DNA of 32,000 nucleotides, from assembly GCF_029232205.1 (NCBI RefSeq), contig NZ_CP107255.1, positions 330,001 to 362,000 on the forward strand, given 5' to 3'. Positions within the stretch are counted from its first letter, which is position 1; each line of letters starts with the position of its first letter. The notes under the pieces are model-generated. The model searched no databases and was not told the DNA's origin. It worked only from the letters and a program-made list of their open reading frames with translations. The DNA is from Candidatus Saccharimonadota bacterium. Its GTDB lineage: Archaea > Nanohalarchaeota > Nanosalinia > Nanosalinales > Nanosalinaceae. The position numbers and the translations under genes are program-made. This document shows, piece after piece, positions 8,601 through 17,716 of the stretch.

Positions 8601-10446
8601 CTACGAAGAACTAGGATTCAAATGCGGAATAGAAATACATCAACAACTTGCAACAGAAACAAAACTCTTCTGCGACTGCCCTGTAGATCTACAGGATGAG
8701 GCCGCAGACCACAGAGTACATCGATACCTTAGAGCAGTTGCAGGAGAGACAGGAGAAAAAGACGAGGCCGCAGAAGTCGCAGCAGAACAATCTAAGAAAT
8801 ACATCTACAAATACTACAACAGAAACAACTGCCTGGTAGAACTTGACGAAGAACCACCACACAGCATCGACGAAGAGGCCCTCAACACTGCATTAACATT
8901 TGCAAGAATGGTCAACGCGGAAATACCTGATGAAATACAGGTAATGCGTAAAATGGTGGTTGACGGATCCAACACTTCAGGATTCCAGAGAACAGCAATG
9001 ATAGGCCTGGAAGGAGAACTAGAAACTGATACCGGTACAGTAAATATCGATGATATTGAGCTAGAGGAGGAATCAGCAGGAATCCACGAAAGGGACGAGA
9101 ACAAGGCCCTTTATGACCTCAACAGGCTTGGAGTTCCTCTGGTAGAAGTAGGTACAGACGCATCAATCGAGAACCCTGAGCACGCAAGAGAGGTAGCGAA
9201 GAAAATCGGAATGCTACTCAGATCCACAGGTAAGGCCAGAAGAGGAATCGGTACGATCAGACAGGACGTCAACGTATCAATAGAAGATGGCTCACGTGTA
9301 GAAATCAAGGGGTTCCAGGATGTAGAAAATATCGACAAAGTAATCGAAAACGAGGTTAAGAGGCAGAAAAACCTTGTAGAACTAGGAGAGGAACTTGAAA
9401 AACAGGAAATTGTGGCTGACAATGTCACACACCACTTTGAGGAAACAGATAACCAGATAATCTCGACAGTACTGGAAAACGACGGCGCGGTCTACGCAAT
9501 GAAACTTCCGGGCCTCACAGGAAAAATGAAGCAGAAAATATCAGGCGACAGATATGTGGCCAAAGAACTGGTAGACTACGCAAAATCCAGGGGCGTACAG
9601 GGAATACTGCATACAGATGAAGATATTGAGAACTACCAGCTAGTAGAGGAATTCGAGAAGGTAGCAGATGACTTCGACAAAGAAGATGAAGACGTAATAG
9701 CTGTAATAGCAGCAGGAAAAGACCAGGCCAAGGCCGCAGCACAGGCAGTAAGAGACAGAGCCCGACTACTCTACGAAGGAGAAGTACCGGAAGAAACAAG
9801 AACTGCAGAACAGGACTTCACCACCAGCTACGCAAGGCCTCTACCAGGAAGCGCAAGAATGTATCCTGAAACCGATATTCCGGCTGTAAGAGTCACGGAG
9901 GGAGATGTAGAGGAAATAGATCAGGATCTGCCGGAAACACTTGAGGAAAGAGAAGAAAAATACTCTGAAGAAATCGGAGAAGAACTGGCCTCACAGATAG
10001 TATACAGCGAAAGACTGCCACTATTCGAAAAATTCAAGGCAGAATACGATACAAAACTTGTAGCAAACTTCTTCACAAATATTTACTCAGGCCTGGAAAA
10101 AGAAGTTGATCTTCAAGGCCTTGAAGAAGAACACTATGGCCAGATACTGGAAGCTCTCGATAATGAAGAGATAACTAACGATGATCTGGAAAAACTGATA
10201 TCGGAATTCAACGAAACAGGCCAAAGTATCGAAGAAATTGTTGAAGAGATCGCAGACAGCAAGACATCGGAAGAAGAGATCAGAGAAGTAGTCAAGGAAG
10301 TAGTCGAACAGAATAAAGGCATGATTGAAGAACAGGGAATGCATGCGCAGGGAGCTCTCATGGGCCAGGTAATGGGCCGTGTAGAAGCCGACGGAGGAAC
10401 AGTCTCCAGAATCCTTCAGGAAGAACTCCAGAAAGAAGCCGAGTAA
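8587..10446 (+). CDS. gatE: Glu-tRNA(Gln) amidotransferase subunit E
   Basis: The conserved N-terminus is LGFKCGIEIHQQL. The GatB/E core and C-terminal YqeY-like tail are present. The TTG start at 8587 is forced by an in-frame TGA at 8578-8580. Confidence 0.9.
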   Translation: MSEINYEELGFKCGIEIHQQLATETKLFCDCPVDLQDEAADHRVHRYLRAVAGETGEKDEAAEVAAEQSKKYIYKYYNRNNCLVELDEEPPHSIDEEALNTALTFARMVNAEIPDEIQVMRKMVVDGSNTSGFQRTAMIGLEGELETDTGTVNIDDIELEEESAGIHERDENKALYDLNRLGVPLVEVGTDASIENPEHAREVAKKIGMLLRSTGKARRGIGTIRQDVNVSIEDGSRVEIKGFQDVENIDKVIENEVKRQKNLVELGEELEKQEIVADNVTHHFEETDNQIISTVLENDGAVYAMKLPGLTGKMKQKISGDRYVAKELVDYAKSRGVQGILHTDEDIENYQLVEEFEKVADDFDKEDEDVIAVIAAGKDQAKAAAQAVRDRARLLYEGEVPEETRTAEQDFTTSYARPLPGSARMYPETDIPAVRVTEGDVEEIDQDLPETLEEREEKYSEEIGEELASQIVYSERLPLFEKFKAEYDTKLVANFFTNIYSGLEKEVDLQGLEEEHYGQILEALDNEEITNDDLEKLISEFNETGQSIEEIVEEIADSKTSEEEIREVVKEVVEQNKGMIEEQGMHAQGALMGQVMGRVEADGGTVSRILQEELQKEAE

Positions 10447-10461
10447 AGACCTCTCAGCCTC

Positions 10462-10479
10462 TTTTTCCTGTCATTTTTT
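10462..10479 (+). terminator. Oligo-T tracts (T5, T6) after gatE
   Basis: ctttttcctgtcattttttc lies 16-33 nt after the TAA. Archaeal termination typically uses T-runs. Confidence 0.4.
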
Positions 10480-10496
10480 CTCGGTAACAGGCAATC

Positions 10497-10508
10497 TTAT
10501 AATTTTTT
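10497..10508 (+). promoter_or_regulatory. Thermosome promoter: TATA-like TTATAATTTTTT, with SD-like AGGTGA at 10527-10532
   Basis: The TATA box is about 40 nt upstream of ATG 10541, and AGGTGA lies 8 nt before the ATG. Confidence 0.5.
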
Positions 10509-10540
10509 GTACATGTCTATGAAAATAGGTGAACTAATTT

Positions 10541-12214
10541 ATGCCAGGCTTAGGAGGACAACCAATTTTCGTAATGTCAGAAGATACACAAAGACAATCA
10601 GGAGAAGACGCACAAGAAAACAATATTAACGCGTGCAAAACCGTGGCAAAGGCCGTAAGAACAACCCTAGGCCCTAAAGGAATGGACAAAATGATGGTAG
10701 ATTCCGTAGGAGACCTAGTAGTCACAAACGACGGTGTAACAATACTAGAAGAAATGGATCTCGAACATCCAGCGGCCAAAATGATGGTCGAAGTCGCACA
10801 GACACAGGAAGAAGAAGTCGGCGACGGAACCACGACAGCAGTCGTCCTCTCAGGAGAACTACTAAAACAGGCAGAAGGCCTTCTAGACCAGGAAATCCAC
10901 CCAACAATAATCACAAAAGGATACAGACAGGCCCGAGAAAAATCTGTAGAAGTCCTCAATGACATCGCTGAAGATGTATCTCTCAATGACGATGATACTC
11001 TTGAAAAGGTAGCAATGACTTCTATGACAGGTAAATCCGCTGAGACAGCAAGAGACTACCTGGCAGAAATCGCTGTAGATGCAATCAAGCAGGTTGCGGA
11101 GGAAAGAGAACATGAATTTGTTATTGATAGAGAAATGATCAAGCTAGAGAAAAGCCAGGGAGGCACAGTCGAAGATACTGAATTAGTGCAGGGAGTAATT
11201 CTGAACAAGGATAGAGTGCACTCTGGTATGCCAACAGAAGTAGAGGATGCAAATATCGCACTTCTCAACGCCGCAATCGAAGTTAAGGAGACAGAGACTG
11301 ATGCAGAAATCAATATCTCTGATCCAAGCCAGATGAAGAACTTTGTTGAACAGGAAGAAAGACAGCTCAAGGAGATGGTAGAGGCTCTGGACGATGCTGG
11401 AGCAGATGTAGTCCTCTGTCAGAAAGGGATCGACGATATCGCACAGCACTACCTCGCCAAGAAAGGAATAACAGCCATCAGAAGAGTATCCACCAAAGAC
11501 ATCGAAAAGCTCTCCCGCGCAACAGGAGCAAACATAGTAACTAATGTAGAAGACATTGAGGCCTCCGATCTAGGAAAAGCAGGATCTGTAGAAGAAAGAA
11601 ATATTGGAGGCAACGCCATGACATTCGTACAGGACTGTCCAGAGGCCAAGTCTGTCTCAATCCTTATTAGAGGAGGAACAGAACATGTAGTGGACGAAAT
11701 CGAACGCGCAATGGAAGACGCAATCGGTGGAGCTGCATCCGCACTCCGAAACGGAAAAGTAGTAGGAGGTGGCGGAGCCACAGAAGTAGAGCTCGCACAG
11801 GAACTCCGCAACTACGCAGACTCCGTAGGCGGCCGCGAACAACTTGCGATCAATGCATTCGCAGACGCCCTCGAAGTAGTACCACGGACACTGGCAGAAA
11901 ACGCAGGATACGATCCAATAGACTCGCTGGTCGATCTCAGAAACAAGCACGACGAAGGAGAAGTATGGGCCGGCCTCGATGTAACTTCAGGTAGCTCACA
12001 GAAACTCTTCGACCAGGGAGTAGTCGAACCACTACAGATCAAGACACAGGCCGTGACATCAGCATCAGAATCCGCAGAAATGATCCTTAGAATCGACGAT
12101 GTCATCTCGGCCTCAGGATTCTCCTCCGATGACAATGAACCACAAGGCCCTCCATCAGGAGGCGCAGGCGGAATGCCTGGCGGAGGAATGGGCGGTATGG
12201 GAGGAATGATGTAG
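10541..12214 (+). CDS. ths: Thermosome subunit (group II chaperonin)
   Basis: [38 protein letters not shown], and a C-terminal GGM tail ([18 protein letters not shown]). Confidence 0.95.
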   Translation: MPGLGGQPIFVMSEDTQRQSGEDAQENNINACKTVAKAVRTTLGPKGMDKMMVDSVGDLVVTNDGVTILEEMDLEHPAAKMMVEVAQTQEEEVGDGTTTAVVLSGELLKQAEGLLDQEIHPTIITKGYRQAREKSVEVLNDIAEDVSLNDDDTLEKVAMTSMTGKSAETARDYLAEIAVDAIKQVAEEREHEFVIDREMIKLEKSQGGTVEDTELVQGVILNKDRVHSGMPTEVEDANIALLNAAIEVKETETDAEINISDPSQMKNFVEQEERQLKEMVEALDDAGADVVLCQKGIDDIAQHYLAKKGITAIRRVSTKDIEKLSRATGANIVTNVEDIEASDLGKAGSVEERNIGGNAMTFVQDCPEAKSVSILIRGGTEHVVDEIERAMEDAIGGAASALRNGKVVGGGGATEVELAQELRNYADSVGGREQLAINAFADALEVVPRTLAENAGYDPIDSLVDLRNKHDEGEVWAGLDVTSGSSQKLFDQGVVEPLQIKTQAVTSASESAEMILRIDDVISASGFSSDDNEPQGPPSGGAGGMPGGGMGGMGGMM

Positions 12215-12257
12215 GCCTTCCATTTCCTCTGTTTTTCTCTTCTAATTCTTCCCCTGA

Positions 12258-12266
12258 TTATAAATA
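12258..12266 (+). promoter_or_regulatory. TATA-like TTATAAATA upstream of the pilus-operon leader gene
   Basis: It lies about 45-50 nt upstream of ATG 12310. A T5 run at 12232-12236 follows the thermosome stop, and GAGAGGT lies about 10 nt before the ATG. Confidence 0.4.
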
Positions 12267-12309
12267 CCGGTTTCTACCTATTTTTTCAATAAGAGAGGTT
12301 CTCCTAACT

Positions 12310-12924
12310 ATGTCAAAAAGAAGCGAGGTCGAACTGGGCGACGATGAGGGCTATGATGATTATGAAATGGTCCCTGTAGGCCCAATCAGAAAACTTGAGA
12401 GAAGAATTGATGAACTCCAAGAACAGAATGCACAACAGGCTGGCGGAGGTAATGACGAGCTTATCCGCGATGTTCTTGATATAATGAAGTCCAACCAGAA
12501 AATTGTCAATGATATGACAGAGTCTACACATGAGCTGAAGAACTCTGTCGAAGACCTGACGCACAAGATGGATGAGGTAGTCGACAACATGAACGCGTTC
12601 ATGGATCTACTTCACGAGGCCTCCGAAATGGACATGGAAGGAGAAATGGTTGGCGACATGGAACAGAGAATCGCAGAAGCCATTGGAACAAAAATGGATG
12701 ATGTGGCAAACAATATCCAGAGCTCCAATGAAGAAGTAATCAACCATCTACAAAACATCAATAATAATCTAAGACAGGCTGGCATGCAGGGTAGAAGAAG
12801 GCCTCAACAACAAGCACAGGATAATCCTTCTGGAGGCCAGCAACAAGGCTCAAATCAAAGTTCTGAAAGGGTTAGACAATTAAAAGAAAGATTCGGCTCA
12901 GGAAATGGCAATAACCAAGGCTAG
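12310..12924 (+). CDS. Acidic coiled-coil protein with a Gln/Gly/Asn-rich tail, hypothetical
   Basis: 204 aa with heptad-like stretches (IRKLERRIDELQEQNAQ; ELKNSVEDLTHKMDEVVDNMNAFMDLL) and no hydrophobic segment. It overlaps the first pilin gene by 20 nt. Confidence 0.6.
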   Translation: MSKRSEVELGDDEGYDDYEMVPVGPIRKLERRIDELQEQNAQQAGGGNDELIRDVLDIMKSNQKIVNDMTESTHELKNSVEDLTHKMDEVVDNMNAFMDLLHEASEMDMEGEMVGDMEQRIAEAIGTKMDDVANNIQSSNEEVINHLQNINNNLRQAGMQGRRRPQQQAQDNPSGGQQQGSNQSSERVRQLKERFGSGNGNNQG

Positions 12925-13408
12925 AACAAGAAAGGGCGTTACGCCTGTAGTAGCAACTTCTCTTCTTCTATTAATTAGCGTTGCAACTGTTTCTTCTTCT
13001 GCTATCTTTCTAAGCGGCACTATTGATGACGTGGGCGAAGGAGTCAAGGATAGACTGGGTGTTGATAGTCAAAGAGAAAATGCAGAATTGAGCATTGACT
13101 ATGGTTATAATGGTTCTGATGGCGATATTTGGCTGGATATAACCAATGATGGCAGTATTACGCTAGCTTTACAGGAAGATTCTGTTGATCTATGGAACTT
13201 CTACATAGATGGTCAAAAAGTTAATAACTGGGGTTATGCTTATGGTTTACCCTCTCAAAACGCTATTAATCCGGGAGATACCGTAACAATAGATACTAAC
13301 AGGTCTTATCCTTATTTAACCAACTCTAAGACAGTTACTTTGAGAGGCCAGTATGAGACGTCATCCTCTATAGTATGTAGCAATAGCAATGGAGAGCAAT
13401 CCTGCTAG
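12905..13408 (+). CDS. Archaeal type IV pilin-like protein (class III signal peptide)
   Basis: The N-terminus is MAITKARTRKG|VTPVVATSLLLLISVATVSSSAIFL: a basic leader, Gly, then a hydrophobic helix of the archaeal pilin-N/DUF1628 type. The protein ends ...IVCSNSNGEQSC. Confidence 0.7.
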   Translation: MAITKARTRKGVTPVVATSLLLLISVATVSSSAIFLSGTIDDVGEGVKDRLGVDSQRENAELSIDYGYNGSDGDIWLDITNDGSITLALQEDSVDLWNFYIDGQKVNNWGYAYGLPSQNAINPGDTVTIDTNRSYPYLTNSKTVTLRGQYETSSSIVCSNSNGEQSC

Positions 13409-13458
13409 GCCTAATAAACTATTTAAGTAAGGACGGGGAAACCAAAAATAGTGGTAAT

Positions 13459-13998
13459 ATGTTAACCAAGAGAAAAGGTATCACACCGGTTATTGCTATT
13501 GTGCTCCTATTGCTTATTACTGTAGGAGCTGTCGGTGTTGTATACACGCAGTTCCAGAGCCTTTTAGGTAATCCTGGTGAGCAGGTTGATCAGCAGCAGC
13601 AGGTAAGGCAGACGGAAATACGATTTGACTCCGCATACAAAGCTCAGGACGCAAGCGGCGAGTACTACGTCAATCTCACAGTCACAAATGTCGGGGCTGT
13701 CGCGTGGAATACTTCTGACTTTACCTTGTCTTATGTTCCTGAAGGTACTGGTTCCGCAGTCTCTGGACAGGCACTCCAAGCCACAAAATTCAGTTACAAT
13801 GAAACCAGTGACAACTGCTTCAGCGAGGACAACTCATCACAACTAGTAGACCCTGAAAATGGATACACCTGCAACACAGGCGTAAAATGGCCTAGCGCTA
13901 CAACAACCATAGGATTCTCAATTTCAATGAACAGCGCATCAAAAAGCTGGGGAGTATACACCTGTACACCATCAACTACCAGCTCTGTAGGCTGTTAA
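13459..13998 (+). CDS. Archaeal type IV pilin-like protein (class III signal peptide)
   Basis: MLTKRKG|ITPVIAIVLLLLITVGAVGVVY closely matches the archaeal pilin N-terminal motif. The protein ends ...YTCTPSTTSSVGC. Confidence 0.75.
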   Translation: MLTKRKGITPVIAIVLLLLITVGAVGVVYTQFQSLLGNPGEQVDQQQQVRQTEIRFDSAYKAQDASGEYYVNLTVTNVGAVAWNTSDFTLSYVPEGTGSAVSGQALQATKFSYNETSDNCFSEDNSSQLVDPENGYTCNTGVKWPSATTTIGFSISMNSASKSWGVYTCTPSTTSSVGC

Positions 13999-14021
13999 AC
14001 CGAGAAGTCAAAAGCCACTTA

Positions 14022-14030
14022 TTTTATATT
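14022..14030 (+). promoter_or_regulatory. TATA-like TTTTATATT, about 28 nt upstream of ATG 14054 (leaderless configuration)
   Basis: Position and composition fit. It would drive the tightly coupled 14054-22485 gene string. Confidence 0.45.
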
Positions 14031-14053
14031 CTACCGGAGAACTATGAATAGAT

Positions 14054-14737
14054 ATGAAAGGCCAAACCACAGCAGTCTCTGCAATTCTAGTAACTGGCCT
14101 AACAATTGGCGCAGTAGCATCAGTATATGTATGGGGCTCACCGATTCTGGAAAAAAGAGAAAGCCAGGCCCAGGTCTCAAACATTGAAGGAAACATGGTA
14201 GGCCTTTACGACGAAATAGTCAGTGTCAAGGAATCAGGAGAAGGAACTATAACTCCGTACGAACTTTCCTTATCTAGCTCAGGTTCAGAGATACAGAGCG
14301 TGACCTTAGATCCTGATAATGACTATATCAATATCTCGGTCAGCACAAACGGCGCGGCACCTTACGCAAATAGATGGAGCTTTCTGAAAGGCAATACTCT
14401 ACAAAATATTACTATAGAGCCTGGTGCCGAGACAGGGGCCTACGCAATAAAAGGAAAGGATCTCCCTGGAGTTGTAATGGTAAAATCCTTAGGCAGTTCG
14501 GCCTCACTAATCACATACCGCGTGGAATTCAGAAACATGTACGCAGAAACTCCTTCCGGACCGCAACTAGAGAAAATTGACCTGGTTGCAGCTGGAGGAA
14601 CAGAGGCAGCAGGAGATGTCACAATCAGAATAAGAAATCGCGGGGTAGAAAGAGACACTGGCGCAAATGCTGTAAAACTTCCTTCTGGACGCGAGATTGA
14701 ACGCCAGAGGAATGTCATAAGCCTGGATCTACAATGA
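14054..14737 (+). CDS. Prepilin-like protein (class III signal peptide), 227 aa
   Basis: MKGQ|TTAVSAILVTGLTIGAVASVYVW is followed by a beta-rich soluble domain. Confidence 0.65.
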   Translation: MKGQTTAVSAILVTGLTIGAVASVYVWGSPILEKRESQAQVSNIEGNMVGLYDEIVSVKESGEGTITPYELSLSSSGSEIQSVTLDPDNDYINISVSTNGAAPYANRWSFLKGNTLQNITIEPGAETGAYAIKGKDLPGVVMVKSLGSSASLITYRVEFRNMYAETPSGPQLEKIDLVAAGGTEAAGDVTIRIRNRGVERDTGANAVKLPSGREIERQRNVISLDLQ

Positions 14738-15144
14738 AAGGACAGTTTATAGCTGTTGAAGCAGTAATGTCATTAGGAATAGGCCTTATAGTTGCACTAG
14801 GAATTCTCACAGCTTTCACAGCATTTCAAGGCAGCATAATGGACGACGTAGAAAGAGCCCAGATAAACTCGGTTGAATCCGAAATAAGCGTGGCCCTGAT
14901 GCAGATAGGCTCAACAAATGTCAGCTACGGAGAAGTCTCCTTGGATCTTCCAGAGACACTGGGAGACAGAAGCTACCAGTTGAACTTCGAGAACGGATCT
15001 CTATATATTTTATCCAGCGGAGAGCAGTACAGATCCACATTCGAAAACCTGAATAACACCTACCGATTCACAGGATCGGCCTCCGGAGGAGAAGTAAGTA
15101 TTTTGAAGGAGGGAAACAATTTGATAATAAGTGATAGCGGATGA
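14734..15144 (+). CDS. Prepilin-like protein (class III signal peptide), 136 aa
   Basis: MKGQ|FIAVEAVMSLGIGLIVALGILTAF resembles the QxSxExxxL type. The start forms an ATGA overlap with the upstream gene. Confidence 0.65.
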   Translation: MKGQFIAVEAVMSLGIGLIVALGILTAFTAFQGSIMDDVERAQINSVESEISVALMQIGSTNVSYGEVSLDLPETLGDRSYQLNFENGSLYILSSGEQYRSTFENLNNTYRFTGSASGGEVSILKEGNNLIISDSG

Positions 15145-16853
15145 GTGCAAACTTCAACGGCCTGATCGGTAAGCTTCGAAAGATGAAGCACCCAGAATGG
15201 TACGAAGATGAAGAAGACGAGAGCTCAGGAAACAGTGAAGGAATAGGAGTACCAACACCTGGAGAGTTCAGGCCTGAAATGATAGATGAAGGACAGGAAG
15301 AGGCCGACCTGACAGATGTAGATGTAACTTATCCACTGGTGCCAGCAGATCCAGACGAAGGAGAAGTGGTGTACGCATGGGCCCATATCTACTGGAGTGA
15401 TGAAAAAGAAGAACTGGTTTACAAGATAGTGGAGCCAGAACTAACTCCTAATACCGAACGTCTACTCGACAAGATTCACTCTATAATGCAGAGAAGCTTT
15501 GACATAGACTTCAATAATTTGGAGACAGGAGAGGCCGACGAATATCTTGAAGAGAAGATTGATACCATCGTGGATAAGTACGATCTGAATGTAGATAATA
15601 AACAGAAAGAAGTAATTCGATACTATACTAAAAGGGACTTTGCGGGCCTCGGAAAGCTTCAGCCGCTGATGAACGATACAGAAGTAGAGGATATCTCATG
15701 CGACGGTAGAGGAATCCCGGTTTACGCTTACCACAGAAATCCAAAGTATGGTTCTGTTAAGACGGATATTGTGTGGGAGGATAAGGACGAGCTAGATGCC
15801 TTCGTTATGAAGCTGGCTCAGAGATGTGGAAGATCTATCTCTGTATCCAGTCCGCTTCTTGACGGTTCTCTCCCTGATGGATCTCGTGTCCAGGCCACAT
15901 TGGCAACGGACATTGCCCGTAAAGGATCGAACTTTACAATCAGACGTTTCACAGAGGACCCATTGACGCCTATCCACATGATGGACTACGAGACAGAGAA
16001 TGCACAGATGTACAGTTATCTTTGGACTCTCGTAGAACACGGAAAATCAATACTAATCTCAGGAACAACAGGATCCGGTAAAACATCTCAGCTAAACGCT
16101 TTATCTCTTTTCATCAGGCCTGACAAGAAAATTGTATCGATCGAGGACACGCCTGAACTCAGACTACCTCACGAACACTGGGTGCCGGAAGTAGCTCGTT
16201 CAGGATTCGGATCCTCAGCAGAGGAAGGAGGAGAAGTATCAATGGACAACCTGCTCAAGGAATCCCTCCGTCAGAGACCAGAATACATTATCGTTGGTGA
16301 GGTCCGTGGTGAAGAGGCCTATATTCTATTCCAGCAGATGGCAACAGGCCACACAGGCCTATCTACGATCCACGCCGACAGCCTTGACATGCTTATGGAT
16401 CGTCTGACCACAGAACCAATTAATCTGTCGGGAAGCCTTATTGAGACTCTTGACGTGGTAATGCTTATCTCCAGAATCAGGAGAGACGGAAGCTACATCA
16501 GAAGAATTAACGGAATCTTCGAGGTTATGGGGTACGACGACAGAACAGGGATCGATGCCAACAAAGTATTCGGCTGGGATCCACAGGAAGACGAGTACAC
16601 CATCGAAAATAACTCTCTAATTCTCAAGGATATCGCAGATCAGAGCGGAATGGACTACCAAGACCTGAAAAACGAGGTCAGAAACAGACAACACGTCCTC
16701 AACTACATGCAGGACCAGCAGATCAAACACTACAGAGATGTAGGAGACATGATCTCAAGATACTACTCCAACCCACAGAGAGTAATGGAGAAGATCGGGC
16801 AAACATTTAATGCTGAGAAGGAAGAAGTAGAAAGTAATGCTCGAGAAGTATAA
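15141..16853 (+). CDS. Type IV pilus/archaellum-type secretion ATPase (FlaI/ArlI/PilB, VirB11-like)
   Basis: Walker A is ILISGTTGSGKTSQLNAL, Walker B/Asp box is EYIIVGEVRGEEA, and the His box is ATGHTGLSTIHA. The FlaI-like N-domain carries YKIVEPELT. The N-terminus has an acidic extension. Confidence 0.9.
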   Translation: MSANFNGLIGKLRKMKHPEWYEDEEDESSGNSEGIGVPTPGEFRPEMIDEGQEEADLTDVDVTYPLVPADPDEGEVVYAWAHIYWSDEKEELVYKIVEPELTPNTERLLDKIHSIMQRSFDIDFNNLETGEADEYLEEKIDTIVDKYDLNVDNKQKEVIRYYTKRDFAGLGKLQPLMNDTEVEDISCDGRGIPVYAYHRNPKYGSVKTDIVWEDKDELDAFVMKLAQRCGRSISVSSPLLDGSLPDGSRVQATLATDIARKGSNFTIRRFTEDPLTPIHMMDYETENAQMYSYLWTLVEHGKSILISGTTGSGKTSQLNALSLFIRPDKKIVSIEDTPELRLPHEHWVPEVARSGFGSSAEEGGEVSMDNLLKESLRQRPEYIIVGEVRGEEAYILFQQMATGHTGLSTIHADSLDMLMDRLTTEPINLSGSLIETLDVVMLISRIRRDGSYIRRINGIFEVMGYDDRTGIDANKVFGWDPQEDEYTIENNSLILKDIADQSGMDYQDLKNEVRNRQHVLNYMQDQQIKHYRDVGDMISRYYSNPQRVMEKIGQTFNAEKEEVESNAREV

Positions 16854-17709
16854 AGACTTCTGTTTCAATTTCGCAGGAAAATACGCGCTAGACTCCCTCG
16901 AGTACTTCGAAGGCCTAAGACCACAACTAACAAAAGCCGGCCTCGACATATCCCTCCCGGAATACCTGAGCATGATGTACGTATCAACAGGAGCAACATT
17001 CCTGGGAATATTTCTGTTTATAGGAAGTCTAATGGCCTTAACTACAGGCATAACAGGCCTCATGATAGGCCTGATATTTGCAATACTTACATCAGTATTT
17101 ATTTTCGTTGGATTCTACCTATACCCGAAAATTTTGATCAGCAACAGATCCTCTCAGATCAGGGACACTCTTCCCTTCGCAACAATGTATCTATCAACGC
17201 TTGCAGGAACAGGATCATCTCTTCCAGAAATCTTCCAGAACCTTTCAGAAGTAGACGAATACGGAGAAGTATCAAAAGAGGCCCAGAAAATCAGCAGAGA
17301 TGTAAACAGCCTTGGAATGGATATGACAGAGGCCTTGAAAAGAGCAGCTGAGAGAACGCCGAGCGATGACTTTGAGGAACTTGTGTGGGGAATCAACCAC
17401 TCAATTACAACAGGAGGATCTCTTAGAGAGTTCCTAAGACAGAGAGCAGAAGGCCTGATGAATGATTATCAGAGAAGAGTAAGAGAATTCGCTGACTCGC
17501 TCTCTCTGCTCGTTGAAATGTACATTACGATTGTTATTGTAGGTTCAATTATTTTCACATCGATGAGCGCCGTTATGAGCTCATTCGCATCAATGTCGCC
17601 AGATCTAGTGGTTACGGTACAGGTAATATCGATATTCATAGGCCTTCCTTTAATTTCTGGCATGTTCATAATATTCGTTAGAGGAATCGCGCCAGGAGGA
17701 ATAAGGTGA
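16837..17709 (+). CDS. Pilus platform membrane protein, FlaJ/TadC-like, single T2SSF domain (first half)
   Basis: RDTLPFATMYLSTLAGTGSSLPEIFQNLSE...MTEALKRAAERTPSDDFEELVWGINHSITTGGSLREFL with flanking TM helices. Confidence 0.8.
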   Translation: MLEKYKDFCFNFAGKYALDSLEYFEGLRPQLTKAGLDISLPEYLSMMYVSTGATFLGIFLFIGSLMALTTGITGLMIGLIFAILTSVFIFVGFYLYPKILISNRSSQIRDTLPFATMYLSTLAGTGSSLPEIFQNLSEVDEYGEVSKEAQKISRDVNSLGMDMTEALKRAAERTPSDDFEELVWGINHSITTGGSLREFLRQRAEGLMNDYQRRVREFADSLSLLVEMYITIVIVGSIIFTSMSAVMSSFASMSPDLVVTVQVISIFIGLPLISGMFIIFVRGIAPGGIR

Positions 17710-17716
17710 TGCCAAG

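Noticed and set aside
12121-12214. The Gly/Met-rich repeat at the thermosome 3' end ([18 protein letters not shown]) as an unusual tandem repeat.
   Set aside because: GGM tails are a well-known feature of chaperonin C-termini.
12905-13998. The GGCC/AGGCCT-poor composition of the two tandem pilin genes (about 3 GGCC in 1.1 kb against about 6-10 per kb elsewhere) as evidence of horizontal acquisition.
   Set aside because: Comparable AGGCCT-free gaps of 1.3-1.5 kb occur in core genes: RNase J at 5.1-6.6 kb and the kinase/gatE N-terminal region at 7.7-9.0 kb. The depletion is therefore within the scatter I can judge by eye and needs a proper statistical test.
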